Below are positions 10,008 through 22,800 of a DNA stretch of 64,000 bases, in pieces. The DNA is from Mantamonas sphyraenae STR306 (Eukaryota; Protista; CRuMs), in contig JAPMXV010000055.1 of NCBI GenBank assembly GCA_026936335.1, positions 1 through 64,000 on the forward strand, in the 5' to 3' direction. The notes under the pieces are model-generated. The model was not told where the DNA came from. It did not search any database and worked only from the letters and a program-made list of their open reading frames with translations. The position numbers were made by a program, and so were the translations under genes. Every line of letters begins with the position of its first letter. Position 1 is the stretch's first letter.

Positions 10008-12804
10008 ATGCTCACTCTCCCTTTCCACAAGGAGATCTTTACAGACATCATGGCTGACGACGCCCTCCTCGTCATGGCCAAAGGCCTGGGCCTCCTCAAA
10101 CTTGTCAGCAACCTCCTCAAGGTTTACTGCAACACAGACTCCCTGGTGTTCATTCTCAACCACTCCCACATGGCCAAAGACATCCAGGACCACCTGTTAG
10201 CTCTCGGTGTACCCCCCGCCCTCCTTCCGCGCAGCATCGACAACTCCCTCGACGCAGACGCACGCGAAGCCCTGTACAACCACAAAGGCTGCTTCATGGT
10301 CACCTCTCGCATCCTTGTTGTCGACATGCTCACCAAACGTGTGCCCTTTGCCGATGTCACTGGCATGATCGTCCTTGAAGCCGACCGTGTTGCCGAAAAC
10401 ACAAACGAGAGCTTCGTGCTCTCCCTCCTTCTCGACCAGAACCGCGCCGCATTTATCAAGGGCTTCTCTGAAAACCCAGAAGCCCTCACCCAGGGCTGGT
10501 GCCGCGTCGAAAAGGTCATGGCCAACCTCCACGTCGGCAAGCTCCTCCTCTGGCCCCGCTTCCACTCTTCCGTCACAAACTCCCTCGACCAGCACGAGCC
10601 AGAGGTCATTGGCCTCGACATCACCATGACTCCCCGCATGTCTGTCGTCAACCAGGTCATTGTCGAGCTCATCTCCAGCTGCCTCAAGGAGCTCCGGGCA
10701 AACAAGGACATCAATTCTCGAGAACTCACCCTCGAGGCTGCCTGCCTTCCCTCCTTTGAGCGCGTCCTCCAATCTGCCCTCACCCCTGTCTGGCACCGCA
10801 TCGGCCCCAAAGCCAAGCAGCTTGCAGAAGATATCAAAACCCTCCGCACCCTCCTCCGACACCTCATCAAGTACGACTGCGTCACCTTTCTCCAGTCCGT
10901 CGACCTCCTCCGATCCAGTGACGGTGTCACCACCACAAACTCCTTGTGGCTCCTCATGGATGCTGCCGAGGAGCTCTTTCGCAACGCCCAGGTCCGTGTC
11001 TTCACCCGCGGCCCGCCCGCTTCCCCAACCGCCGCCAAGTCCAAGACAAAGCCCCGCTCCAGCGCCTCTGCCAACAAACGAAAGCAGCCTGATCCCTCCG
11101 CCGAACCCCAAACTCGCCTCAGACTCCAAACGCCAGCGCACCTCCGCCGAACCTGATTCCGACCCACTTCCGGCCACTCAGGTCGTTTATCCCGTCCTCG
11201 AGGAGAATCCCAAGTGGAGTGTCCTCCTCGAGCTCCTTGCCGAGATCCAAGAGCAGCTTGCCGAAGCTCCTGCCGACCTCGAACCCTCCGCCACCATCCT
11301 CGTTGCCGTCGACACCGAGCGCGTTGCCTACACGCTTCGCACCTACCTTGCCTCTGGAGGCCAGGCCATGCTGCGCGACCGCCTCGAGCAATACTTTATT
11401 CAACAGCATCAACGCAGAGCTCGCGCAGCCCAAGGCCGCTCTGCCCACAACCCGTCCGACTTCCGTCCCACCTTTACCTTTGGTTCCACGCCCAAGTGGA
11501 CCAAGGTCACCTCCTCATCCTCCTCCACCACCACCACCACCTCCTCCTCCTCCTCCTCCTCCAAACGAAAAGCCTCTGCCCTCCCGCCCAACCAACTCAC
11601 CATCACCATGAGCTTCCAAGGCTCCAAGCCTTCTCCCTCCACCACTCCATCCTCCGACCCATCCTCGCCGCCTGCCTCCCCTCCCTCCTCTCCATCCGAC
11701 CTGCTCTTCACAGACGACTTCTCCGTGTGGTTTGGCGTCCACACCCAAACACACGTCATCATCACCACCTTTGACAATGCCATTGTCCTCCACACCCTCA
11801 AGCCAAACTTTGTCGTCATGTACTCCCCGGACGTCGGTTTCACCCGCGCAGTCGAGGTGTACAAGGCCGAAAACCCAAACATCCCCCTCCGCTTCTACTA
11901 CCTTGTCTACCCAGACTCTGTCGAGGACCAGGCCTGGAAAAGCTCTCTCAAGCGCGAACAAAAGGCCTTTGAGGAGCTCATCTTTGCCAAGGGCAACCTC
12001 GTCGTCCCCGAGGAGCGCACCCTCCGCACAGAATCTTCCACTGCCTCCTCATCTGCTTCCTCATCCTCAACACGCCAAGGCGGCCTCCTCGACACCTCCA
12101 CCGCGCCCAAGTCTCGTGTCATTGTCGACATCCGCGAGTTCCGCTCCTCGTTGCCGCCCCTCCTCTACCGCCGCAACATGGACATCGTCGCCGTCACGCT
12201 CGAGGTAGGCGACTACATCCTCTCCCCAGAGATGTGTGTCGAGCGCAAGTCCATTCCAGACCTCTTTGGCTCGCTCAACAGTGGCCGCCTCTACTCCCAA
12301 GCCGAATCCATGTCCCGCTCCTACAAACATCCCATCCTCCTCATCGAGTTTGACGAAAACAAGCCCTTTAGCCTCCAGAGCAAGCACGACTTTTACGGCG
12401 AGATCAACCCAAAGGCCATCAGCAGCAAGCTCGCCATGCTTTGCCTCGCCTTCCCCTCCCTCCGCCTCATTTGGTCCCGCTCTCCTCACGAGACCGCACA
12501 GCTGTTTGAGCAGCTCAAGCTGCATCAAGAAGAACCCATCGTCGAGACCGCCATCACAATTGGCAGCGACGAGGCGCGCAACCTCCTCCAAGGTGACGAC
12601 GAGCGCGTGCACAACATGGCCCCCATGGACGCTCTCGGCCAACTTCCGGGTATCCCTCCCGCGGCTGCCTTTACTCTCATGGGCAAGGCAAACACCCTCC
12701 GCCAGCTCGCACACGCCTCCCTCCCACGCAAGAAGCGACTCCTAGGCGACATCGGCGCCCTACAACTCGACGAACTCCTCGACCATTCCTTTTCTTCTCT
12801 GTGA
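10008..12804 (+). CDS. ERCC4: DNA repair endonuclease XPF/ERCC4/Rad1; frameshift at the C-run 11106-11109
   Basis: LVMAKGLG, VTSRILVVDML, FIKGFSENPE, VLEENPKW, nuclease motifs VIVDIREFRS and GDYILSPEMCVERKS. Confidence 0.95.
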
Positions 12805-12811
12805 CCCTCTT

Positions 12812-14610
12812 TCACCCATCTATGGGCTCCACGTTGATCGTTGCCCCCGTGGGCACACAGTAAAACGCAAGGTCTCGCTCCTCGTCCTCCAACTCCTGCG
12901 CCATCGGCTCTCCCGGCACCACGTAGAACAGCCGCAGTTCCTGGTCTCGCTCGATGTGCAGCTTCTTAGCCGCAAACGTCTTCAACTTTGTCACGCTCAT
13001 GGTGGACACAACCTTTACCTCGGCACTGCTGCCCAGGTACTGCAGCGTCACTTCCATCTTGCTATCTGCAAGCAGATTGCCTTGGCTCGACGATCCTCCA
13101 GCCTCCACCTCCATAAACTCGCCCAGCGCTGCCATCAGCTCAGTGTACCGCGGGTGCTCATTCACAATCGCCTCGGGGCACGTGCTCATGTCTGCACGGA
13201 CCTCGGCAAACTTTGCCCCGTGCTCCTCCAGCTGCATCGACACACGCCGAAAGTACGACCGTTCTGCGTCCGAGCGCTCCATCTCTCGAATTGGGCCGCC
13301 GTTCAGCTTGCTCAGCTTCCCGAGACGCCCGATCAGCTCTTGCCGGTACATCGACGCACCCATCCCGCACGACTCGCCCAGCGGATTGTTCGACAGCCGC
13401 ACCGTCGTCAACGCAGGAAATGCGTCCATCGCATTGATGCTCGCCCAGTCCTCCACTGCGTTGTTGCCCAGAATCAACGTGTGCAGCTCAGCAAACGCCC
13501 CTGGCTCGCTGTACGCCACCCCACCAATCTTGTTGTCGTTCGCCTGGATGTACTCCAGGTGCGGCAGGTTCCGAAACTGCCACACATCTGCCCATTGCGA
13601 CACTGCGTTGCCGTCAAACGACAGCACACGCAGCTCAGCGAATCCGCTCACGGGCGTCGCTTCCTCGTCGGCCCCGAGGTCCTCCATCATGTTCAGTCCG
13701 ATGTGAAGCTCATGCAGACCGTCCATCTGGTCGGCCACAGCGGCCACGTGCTTCCACTGGATCCCAGTCCTGTTCAGCACCAGCACACGCAGCTCCGGCC
13801 CAAAGTTGAGCAACGGCTTGTCCAGCAACGCATCGTGCTCCAACCTGTTTCCGCTCAGCCTCAGTTCACGCAACACAGGCAATTCACCACAAATCTGTGC
13901 CACGTCTGACCACTTGCTCAGCAGATTGTCCACCAGATCCAGCTCCAGCAGGCCGCTGCACAGCGCCTCCAGCGCTCCTCCCTCACCAGGCCCGTTCACC
14001 AGCCTGCCTGTCAACGACACCGTCCTCAGCTTCTCCAGCTGGGATTGGGTGTCCAGCACATCCTGCTTGCCCACAAGTTCCACCTCCAGCTGCCCCAGCC
14101 GTGTCAGTAGCCCGACCAAAGTGCTTGGCGCGCGCGAATTCCCCGCCGTTCCACGTTCCCGCACACGCCTCCACAAACCTTGTGATGCCCAGCAGTGTAC
14201 ACAAACATCTCATCGTCCTCGCCTCCGTCTCCGGCCCCTCCTTCTCCGCCTCCGCCCTTGCTTTCCTCGTCCTCGGGGCTGTACCGCGCCAGCAACGCTT
14301 CGATCAGCGACACCCCCGTCTCCACCGTGTGTGACTTTAGGAATGAACACGGCCGTGCTTCCATGGCACTCTGCGTCTCCTGCGCCAACGCTGCCTGGCT
14401 CTCCTTGTTCATGCACTCAAACACCTGTTCGCCCTTGAACACTCCCGTGTGCTTCCCAACATACGGATCATCCCACTCCACACCCAACCACTCCTGCTCT
14501 GCGTTGTCCCCGGTGTCCAGAGTGCCCACCCACCGCACCGTGGCTCCCCTGCCCTGAAACGCGATCCGCTGCCCTGCCTCAAACGCCCAGCCGTTTTCGT
14601 TTGCCGTCAT
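12812..14610 (-). CDS. TBCE: Tubulin-folding cofactor E (CAP-Gly + LRR + UBL); intron 14090-14178
   Basis: CAP-Gly WLGVEWDDP.VGKHTG, leucine-rich repeats, ERSDAERSY motif, C-terminal UBL. A GT..CTGAC..CAG intron joins the two ORFs in frame. Confidence 0.93.
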
Positions 14611-14653
14611 GCTGCCTTGCCTCCCCGCGCGCATCCGCCCACTCACCCACCCA

Positions 14654-15601
14654 ATGTCTATCCTCCCTCCTCAATCCTTCCTCGACGCCTCTCCCTCCAC
14701 AAAGCATGGCCTAGACTCCTCCATGCAGGCCCAGCTCCGCTTCGGCGCCACCCAGCTTCTTGCTGACGCTGGCCTTCTCCTCCAACTGCCCCAGCTCGAC
14801 ATTGTCTGTGCACAGACCCTCCTCCACCGCTTCTACACCCTCCAGAGCATGGCTCGCGTCCCCGTCACAGATCTCGCCATGGCCGCCCTCTGCTGCGCCG
14901 CAAAGACTCACGAGCACCCTCGCCGCGTACGTGAAATCGTCAGCGTCTTCTGGCACCTCGAACAGCGCTACGCTGCAGAGCCTCTTACCAAGGAGCAGAG
15001 GAAGAAGCTCCCTGTCCTCGACCCGTTCTCCGAGGAGTACTACGCGCGCAAATCCCGCCTCATCCACACCGAACAGCTCCTCCTCAAGCACCTCGCTTTC
15101 AATGTCCTCATGACACACCCGCACCAGTACGTCCTCTACTACGTCACGGTTCTCTCCGTCGGCCCATCCGTCGCACAGACTGCATGGTCTCTCCTCAACG
15201 ACTCTCTGCACACAACCCTCTCCCTCCGCCTCCCACCCAGTACCATTGCCTGTGGCGCCCTCTCTTTTGCTTGTCGCATGCACCAGGTTCCCCTTCCTCT
15301 CTCTCCGCCCTGGTATGCCCTCTTTGGCGCCCGTCAGCCCCAACTCGACCTCGTCGCAGCCACCCTCGCCCAGCTCTACCTCGAGCCCATCCCCTGGCAC
15401 TCCCCGTTTGCCCTCGAACAACAAGCTGCCTCTCTTGCGCAGCCTGTGCTCCAGGCCCCCGTCGACCAGGCCATCAAGCGTGCTCGCGAGCGTGCCATCG
15501 AACTTGCGCGCAAGCGCCAGCGCGTCATCCAAGACTCTTCCTCCTCCTCCTCCTCCTCATCATCATCCTCATCCTCATCCACAAATCACCAGCCAAAGTA
15601 A
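14654..15601 (+). CDS. CCNL: Cyclin L-like protein without an RS tail
   Basis: AGLLLQLPQ...QTLLHRFY, AAKTHEHPRRVREIVSVF, AWSLLNDSL, IACGALSFA, PLSPPWYALF match the cyclin L pattern. Confidence 0.85.
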   Translation: MSILPPQSFLDASPSTKHGLDSSMQAQLRFGATQLLADAGLLLQLPQLDIVCAQTLLHRFYTLQSMARVPVTDLAMAALCCAAKTHEHPRRVREIVSVFWHLEQRYAAEPLTKEQRKKLPVLDPFSEEYYARKSRLIHTEQLLLKHLAFNVLMTHPHQYVLYYVTVLSVGPSVAQTAWSLLNDSLHTTLSLRLPPSTIACGALSFACRMHQVPLPLSPPWYALFGARQPQLDLVAATLAQLYLEPIPWHSPFALEQQAASLAQPVLQAPVDQAIKRARERAIELARKRQRVIQDSSSSSSSSSSSSSSSTNHQPK

Positions 15602-15652
15602 CCTATATGTAACCTTCTGCAACCCACCCTTCTGCATTCCCTTCTCTCAATC

Positions 15653-16004
15653 TCAATATCCCTTTGCCCCACGGAATCTCCGCCGTGTGTCCACCGTCGA
15701 CCGCCTGCATTCATAGTACGCCGCCCGCAACTCGTTGCACTGATCAAACTCCTCCTTCTCCTTTGCATTGCTGCAGTTCCACCCATCCTTGTCTCCCGAT
15801 TCCTGGCCCAGTGTCCGGAGGCACGTGTGGAAATCTCCCGTCTTTTCCAAGCACGCCGACTGCCGGATACACTCCACCAGCTCCGCACGCATCCCTGCAC
15901 ATCGTTCGTTGCTCTGTCCAACACACCCTCCGTCGCCGTCAGCCGTCCGCTCTACCCTTGCATCCTCTCCACTGACCCTTGCTTGCAAAACCCCCACTCA
16001 CCAT
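15653..16004 (-). CDS. COA5: COA5/Pet191 cytochrome c oxidase assembly factor (Cx9C); ATG-only first exon, intron 15914-16001
   Basis: C-x9-C pattern and C-terminal ECRRSTVDTRRRFRGAKGY. Splice signals ATG|gtgagt...gctgac...cag|AGC. Confidence 0.88.
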
Positions 16005-16067
16005 CGCAGACTTTTCCCTGCTTTCTCCTGCGCATCCACCAAACCCCAACTGCATCGACATCTTGCG

Positions 16068-16406
16068 TCACTTTTCATTCAAGCCATCCCCTGCTCTCCG
16101 ATCCTCGCGCAATTTCGCCTTCTCCGCCTCGGTCGGCTCAAACAATCCGACCGGCTTCCGCACCAAAGCCCGCCTGCACTCCCAATAGCTCTCCCGCAGG
16201 TCCTGACACCTGTGATATTCCTCCCGCTCCTCTGACGAGCTGCATTGCCACACCCCTGCCTCTGATCTCGAAAGCCCCCGAAGACACGTGTGGAAATCCC
16301 CGGTCTTCTCCAGACACGCAGACTCACGCACACATGCAATCAACTTTTCCCGCACATCCCCACACCGTTCCTTGCTGCTTTCATTCGCTCCGCCAACGCT
16401 ACTCAT
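16068..16406 (-). CDS. COA5/Pet191-like tandem paralog with a divergent C-terminus
   Basis: Shares SACLEKTGDFHTCLR and the cysteine spacing with its neighbour; lacks the RFRG-KGY tail. Confidence 0.8.
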   Translation of the reverse strand: MSSVGGANESSKERCGDVREKLIACVRESACLEKTGDFHTCLRGLSRSEAGVWQCSSSEEREEYHRCQDLRESYWECRRALVRKPVGLFEPTEAEKAKLREDRRAGDGLNEK

Positions 16407-16474
16407 CCTGCTGCTCCTCCTGCTGATCCCTTTGCCCGAGCCGGCGCTCTGCCCTTCGCACCACACTCACTCAC

Positions 16475-18024
16475 TCACTCGAATGCCACCACGACCACCA
16501 AAGGCCTCTCCAGAGATTCGTCTGTGACTGTGATCCGCGTACACCCGCTCGGCAGCAGCTGCGCGAGCGCTTTGTCCAGGTTCTTTCGCGTCATCTTCTC
16601 TAGTGCCTCTGGAGACGCCATGTACAGTGTCTTGCTGCCCGCACGTGCACTTGCTTGCACAAACCGCCCCTCCTGTGTCCCTTCCACGCGCGCCAGCACT
16701 TCCGCCAGCGTCTCCTCGCGGCCAACGCTCAATGTCACTGCCTCTTGCCGCGTGCAAACAGCACAGCCCTCCTTTCGCTCCAGCTCGTTCACCAGCGCCG
16801 TCGTGCCAGGGTTGCCCACATACACTGCCATCGACGACAACGTCCCTGCAAAGTTGCTGCACAGCTTCCAGCATTCCTGCACGCACGCTGCGCTCACGAT
16901 CGCATTGGTTGACGCAATCGCCGGAATGATGTTCTTTGTCACTCCAATTGTCAACTGTCGTGTGACTCCTGCAATCCCGTACTCCTCCGCTCGTGCCAGT
17001 GCACGTTCGTACAACCAGTCCACATGCTCGCTCACATCGCAATCGATCTTCTCCTCGCTCCTCTCCTTCGGCCACGCCAGCTTGGATGCCCACGCGATAC
17101 AGTGCTCAGGCAGCCGCGGTTTGGATGCCATTGTGCACAGCTGGAATGTCCGAGGTTTCGGAAACAGCTCCAGCGTGCATGAGAAGCACGACGTGAATCC
17201 AGGCACAACCACCCGCACATGCCCTTTGAACACCTCCGTGCCCCCGTCGATCATTGGCACCACAGACTCGGGCTCCACCTGGCCCTCTTCGTCGTACTCC
17301 AGCATGCTGTGCAGTTTGCTGTTCAGCCACACCCTCGCCTCCACGTTGTCCAGTCCGCAGACAATCACGTTGAACTGCTTGTAAAACTCTGTCTCAAACT
17401 CTTGGATCTTCCCGTAGTGTCTGTGTCCTCGTGTCTGCCGTGTCAGCGCCCGCCTCCGCATCCCCATAGCCCCGCTCTCCACTTACGCTGTCACCTGCAC
17501 TCCGTCGATCCGCTCGTTGATCCTTGCCGCTGCCACCTCGCACTTTGGCTCACCCACGTCTTTGCTCCGGAACAGAAACTGCCGCTGTGCCGCACGTGAT
17601 CACCCACATGTCAGACTCTCCCTCCCGCATGCCCAAACCCCATCCCACCACCCACTCTACCCCTCCCGCTCCCGCATCTTCGCCTTACATTCAGATTTGT
17701 CACGTCAATCGTGTCCATGTCGATCACATGGATGTCGGTAAACCCGCTCAGCGCAAGATCCTTCAGGATCTCACAGCCCAACCCGCCTGCTCCCACGCAC
17801 AGCACCTTGGCGCTGTGTAGAAACGCCTGTGTGTCTTCCCCAGGCAGGAATGTCTCCAGGGCGAAAGGTCCGCTCGTTTCCAGCAGCCTATCCACCCCTG
17901 CCCACGCCAGTTTCCGGCTGTCCGCTCCGCCGTCACTCCCGTCCCCTCCGCCGCCTCTGCCCCCTCCACCACCACTCCCGCTGCTGCTGCTGCTGCTCGC
18001 GCTACTTCCACTTTCGACGTCCAT
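16475..18024 (-). CDS. UBA3: NEDD8-activating enzyme E1 catalytic subunit, paralog A; introns 17585-17688 and 17421-17486
   Basis: [32 protein letters not shown], catalytic motif [25 protein letters not shown]. Confidence 0.93.
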
Positions 18025-18109
18025 GTCCTGCACAATTGATTCGATGGCCACACCGTCGCCGGCTGCTGCTTGTCCGCTCCGCCCTCGCCACCCAAAACCT
18101 CACTCTCGA

Positions 18110-19793
18110 ATGTCCACCGACCGCCAAAAGTCTTGGGCCCAGATCGACAGCCTCCTCAACGCAGCTGGCCCCATGGCCCACCCGGGCTTTGAAGAAGGCG
18201 CTGCCATCGACCTCCTGCACAACGACAGCAAGATCCTCTGCATCGGCGCAGGTGGCCTCGGCTGCGAGCTCCTTAAGGACCTTGCCCTCAGCGGATTCAC
18301 AAACATCCACGTCATCGACATGGACACCATCGACATCACCAACCTCAACCGCCAGTTCCTCTTCCGGTGCGTTCCCTCTTCCCTCAACGTGCCTCGTTGT
18401 GCCAAAAGCCCTCCCAAAGTCCACCTGCTCACCCTTTCCTCGTGCTCATCTTCCCAACGCACCCTCCCTTATACCCGCCCCTCCTCCCACAGCATGAAGG
18501 ACGTCGGTGAGAGCAAGGCCAACGTAGCCGCTGCCTTTATCAACGAGCGCGTCGACGGCGTCACCGTCACTCCGTACGTTTGCGTTCAATTCCGTGTTTG
18601 CAGCTCTCTTCCCTGCCTCCCGCACCTCCACCACCTGACCCGGTCATTCCACACCCCTCCACATCCGTCCCTACCCCCATACAGCCATCACGGCCGCATC
18701 CAGGACTTTGACGAAGACTTTTATGCCAGCTTCGACGTCGTTGTCTGCGGTCTCGATTCCCTTGAAGCGCGTCGCTGGATGAACGGCAAGTGTCCTCCTT
18801 TGCCCATTCTCACACCACCCTATCGCTTCCCCTCCTACTCCAAGTCTAACCCTCTCCGTCCCCGCACAAACAGGCATGCTCCACAGTCTCGTCAAGCGCG
18901 ACGAGGACGGAAACGTCGACCCCTCCACCGTCGTGCCCATGGTTGACGGAGGCACCGAGGTCTTCAAAGGCCACTCTCGTGTCATCTTCCCGGGGTTCAC
19001 CTCCTGCTTCGAGTGCACCCTGAACATGTTCCCGCCCCGAACTACCTTCCAGCTCTGCACCATCGCCAGCAAGCCTCGCATCCCGGCCCACTGCGTCGCC
19101 TACGCCTCTCAAATTTGGTGGCCCAAGAACTGGGAAGCAGAGGGCTTTGATTCCAAGATCGATACAGACAACCCCGACCACATGCAGAAGCTCTACGAGG
19201 TTGCACACGAACGCGCGCAGGAGTTTGGCATCAAGGGCGTCACCCTCAGCCTCACCCAGGGCGTCGTCAAGCGCATCATCCCGGCCATTGCCTCCACAAA
19301 CGCAATCATTGCCGCCGCAACCACAAACGAGGTCTGGAAGATCATGACAAACTTTGCTCTCCCGCTCAACAACTACGAAATCTACCAAGGCAAGACAAGC
19401 GTCGTCTCCGTCACCTCCACCCTCGAGGCAAAGCCAGACTGCATGGTCTGTGGCTCCAGCGACGTGGCAGACTATCAGATCAACCCAGGCGAGACTCTCG
19501 ACGACTTTTTCCAGCGCCTCAAGGACGAACCGGCCTACCAGATGGAACACCCGTCCGCTCGCTCCACCTCTGGAAAGACTCTGTACATGACTGCTCCAGA
19601 GATGATCGAGAAGCAGACCCGCAAGAATCTCCAGCTGCCTCTCAGCGAACTCGTCCAGGACGGCGACATCATCAACATCACCGACCGCGCCCTCCCCAAC
19701 AAGTTTGTCCTCCAGGCAAGGGTTTCCTTTGTCGACTCCAACGACTCTTCTTCCTCCTCCACACCCGAAGATGAGCAGAACAAAGACGAATGA
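18110..19793 (+). CDS. UBA3: NEDD8-activating enzyme E1 catalytic subunit, paralog B; introns 18367-18492, 18574-18684 and GC-AG intron 18786-18873
   Basis: [41 protein letters not shown]-terminal E2-binding region KTLYM...EKQTRKNL. Confidence 0.93.
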
Positions 19794-19836
19794 ACCCGAC
19801 CCGCCCCGCCCACGCCCTTCTTCACCCAACCTCGCC

Positions 19837-22800
19837 ATGGAGCCTCCGCCGCCTCCCAAGCCCCACCTCGCCATGGATCTCACTCAGTCCCCGCTCCTGC
19901 ACGAGATTCCTCTGGAAAAGTTGCAATACCTCTCTTCCTTTGCTCCTGTGCCCTCCCTTGACGACACAGGCGCCGCGGACACTGTCCGTCCCTCCTTTCG
20001 CACCACAGCAGCCGACTCGGTGTTTTCCGAGGCCCCCAATGTCGTTGGCGAGCAACATTGGATGGTGCACTCCACTTCCTCCTCCACGACCACCTCCGAG
20101 TCCACCTCTCCATCCCGTCCAGGCAGCCGAATGGCTCACTTTCAACGGCTCCTCGCCTCGCCAGTTCAAAACGACGCCTCCCCGGCTCACGAGCCCACTT
20201 CCCCACGCCTCCACCACGCCTCTACCACCCGCACACGCCATTCGCACACAAACCCCTCCGCCAAGGCCTTCTCCTCCACCGTCTCCAGCCCAACGCGCAG
20301 GAAGAACCAGCAGCGCCTCATCACCGTCTCCCAGTCCTCCCACCTCCAGCCTCGCGACTTGCGAATGGCCATCAATCCGTTCAAGCCCCTGTCTACCAAA
20401 ACGGGTGTCAATGTCAACGCCGCCGTCGAGATGCTCAAGGCACAACCACTCCCGCAAGCTTCCACCGCTCCCTCAGCCTCCACAACCACATCCACCTTCA
20501 CATCCGCCTCCTCATCACAAACAACAACTACTTCCTCAACGACATATGCACGCCACGCAGACACATCACAGCCTCCTGCACGCACAAACACAACCGTCCA
20601 CCGAATCGACCGCTTCATGCCCGTCGCTTCCGTCCTCAACCACACCCCACCGCCCAAAGATCTCCAAGTGTTTGGTCAAACCTCAAACGGTGACATTGTG
20701 CTGCCGGCCAGCCAAGCAGAGTTTGTCGAGCTGCTCCTCGCCCTGCCCATCGATTTCTACGAGCAATCCCAAACCACCTCCCACTCTGCCGACGATTCAA
20801 AGCCTCAGGACGCCGGCATCGAACTCGACCTCGCCAAAGCCTATCGCTTCGCCACCACCCAGGCTGGCGTCACCATCCAAGCAAACACGCCTGTCGCCTC
20901 CGCCGCCCTCGAAGCACGCAACGAAGCCGAGATGCGACGACGCCGCAGACGCGCATCGCCCGAGATCATCGTACCCAAGCTACACCTTCACTCTCTACCC
21001 TCTCTCGAGCCCGTTGCCAGCGAGACAAGCACCTCGGACACTCGCCGCAAGCCCCTGGATCATCTCCACCGCGCCATTCGCAAAGGACGCGCCTTTCAAC
21101 GCCATGCACGCCCCAACGACACTGTCCTTGCGGCTCCAGCACAAGATCCGGGCAATCTGGCTGTGCGTGCCGCCCTTGACCTCCATGCAGTGCTTGCTGA
21201 ACGTAGGGCGGCCCTGTCTCATGGCAACCCGAGACGCACTCGTGGTGGACGCGGACGTCGTCTGTCCACTCGCGTCGACACCGCAGACAACACCAAACGC
21301 GTGCCAAGCATCATCCACACCGCAGAGTCGACTCCGACACGCGTGCGCCGCAGCAGCAGCAACGCCCTCCAACGCAAGTTGAGCTCTCACGAGGCCGACC
21401 TTACCGAGGAGGAGACCCGCGAGATGGAGCTCGTGCGCGCACGCCTCACATCACGCCGCAAGAGCAGTGCCTCCATGGCTGTAGACACTGCCACAAGCGT
21501 CATGGCCGCCATCGACCAGAGCAGCAGACTCACAGCCGTGCAGCTCGATCTCTCTGACTCTGCCTCTGAAGGCGACGCCGACAGCAACCCAAAGAACCAC
21601 AGCCCGCCGCGCCTCCGACGCAAAAGCAGCAACGCCAGTCACATCCCACCCACCATCGCTGAAGAGGCTGAAAACTCCGACGACCAGGACGACGAGCCGG
21701 TCCTTTCGGATTCCTCTTCTTCATCCGATCACCCTGCGCCCGAAGAGACCGCACAGGTCGAAGCAGAAGACTCTGCCGCTCAGCAACTCCTCGTACTCAG
21801 CAGCAGCGTCGTCTCCCAGCACGACCAGGACACGTCCACCGACGACGACGCACTCACGGGCTGGGACGTCGAACATTGGATTGACGAGGTTCACACCAGC
21901 ATCGATCGTTTCCAAACCCTTCAGCAGCTGGCCCATCAGGCGCGCACGCAGCACGACGCCGCCGCAGACCACGACGATGCCGAACTCGACGCTGCTGCTC
22001 AACACCAGCACCCTGCCCTGCCTCGCAGCCAAAGTCGCGCCGCCTCGGCCCTTGCAAACCCCCTTGTACAGCGCATGGCACGCCGCAGGCCGCAGACCAC
22101 AGGCACTGCCTCACGCAGGCGCAAGAGCATGCATGCGTCAACACATGTCATGCGTCCACGCTCTCGTGGTGCTGTCCAATCTGCACGCAGGCACACCCAA
22201 AACAGCCTTGCCCTCAAACACACGCATCCGCTCCTTCCGCCCGCTCCCCAGGCAACAGAACCCGCAACAGAACCCGCTGCCGCCGCACAATCCTCCCAAT
22301 CACCTCCAAAGAGAACTAGAGCTGCAAAGGGAAAGGCAAGGCGCAACGCCGCCCCCAAGCAAACACCTGCCCTGAACAACAACGACGACAGCCCTCGCCG
22401 CCGCCGTACCATCAAACCCAAGGTCGACACAGGCAAATTCAAGCGCAAGCGCACAAAGAACAAAAAGAAAACCGCGGAAAAGCAAGCAGAACAAACACAC
22501 CACCACGCTGGGCCCAGAGAGACCAAAGCCAAAGTCCCTGGCCCTCCAGCATCTCCAGTCGCAAGATCAAGGCACGCGACCAGACTCGGCAGACACAGAT
22601 GCAAGTGGAGCGTCCACACGCCTGCGTCGCCGCTCCTCTTCCGTCCTGAGCACAAGCATGCCTGCCACCCCAGGCTCCAAGGCTGCCCAGGCACGCCTCC
22701 TCGAGCGCAAGCGTGCACGCTCCGTCCTCGACGAAAATGGCCGCAGCTCCTCTCACTCCATGCTCGGTTCCATGGGCCACGAGTGGAAGTTTGCACGCAG

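Noticed and set aside
14090-14178. Apparent frameshift in TBCE
   Set aside because: Explained by a canonical 89-nt intron
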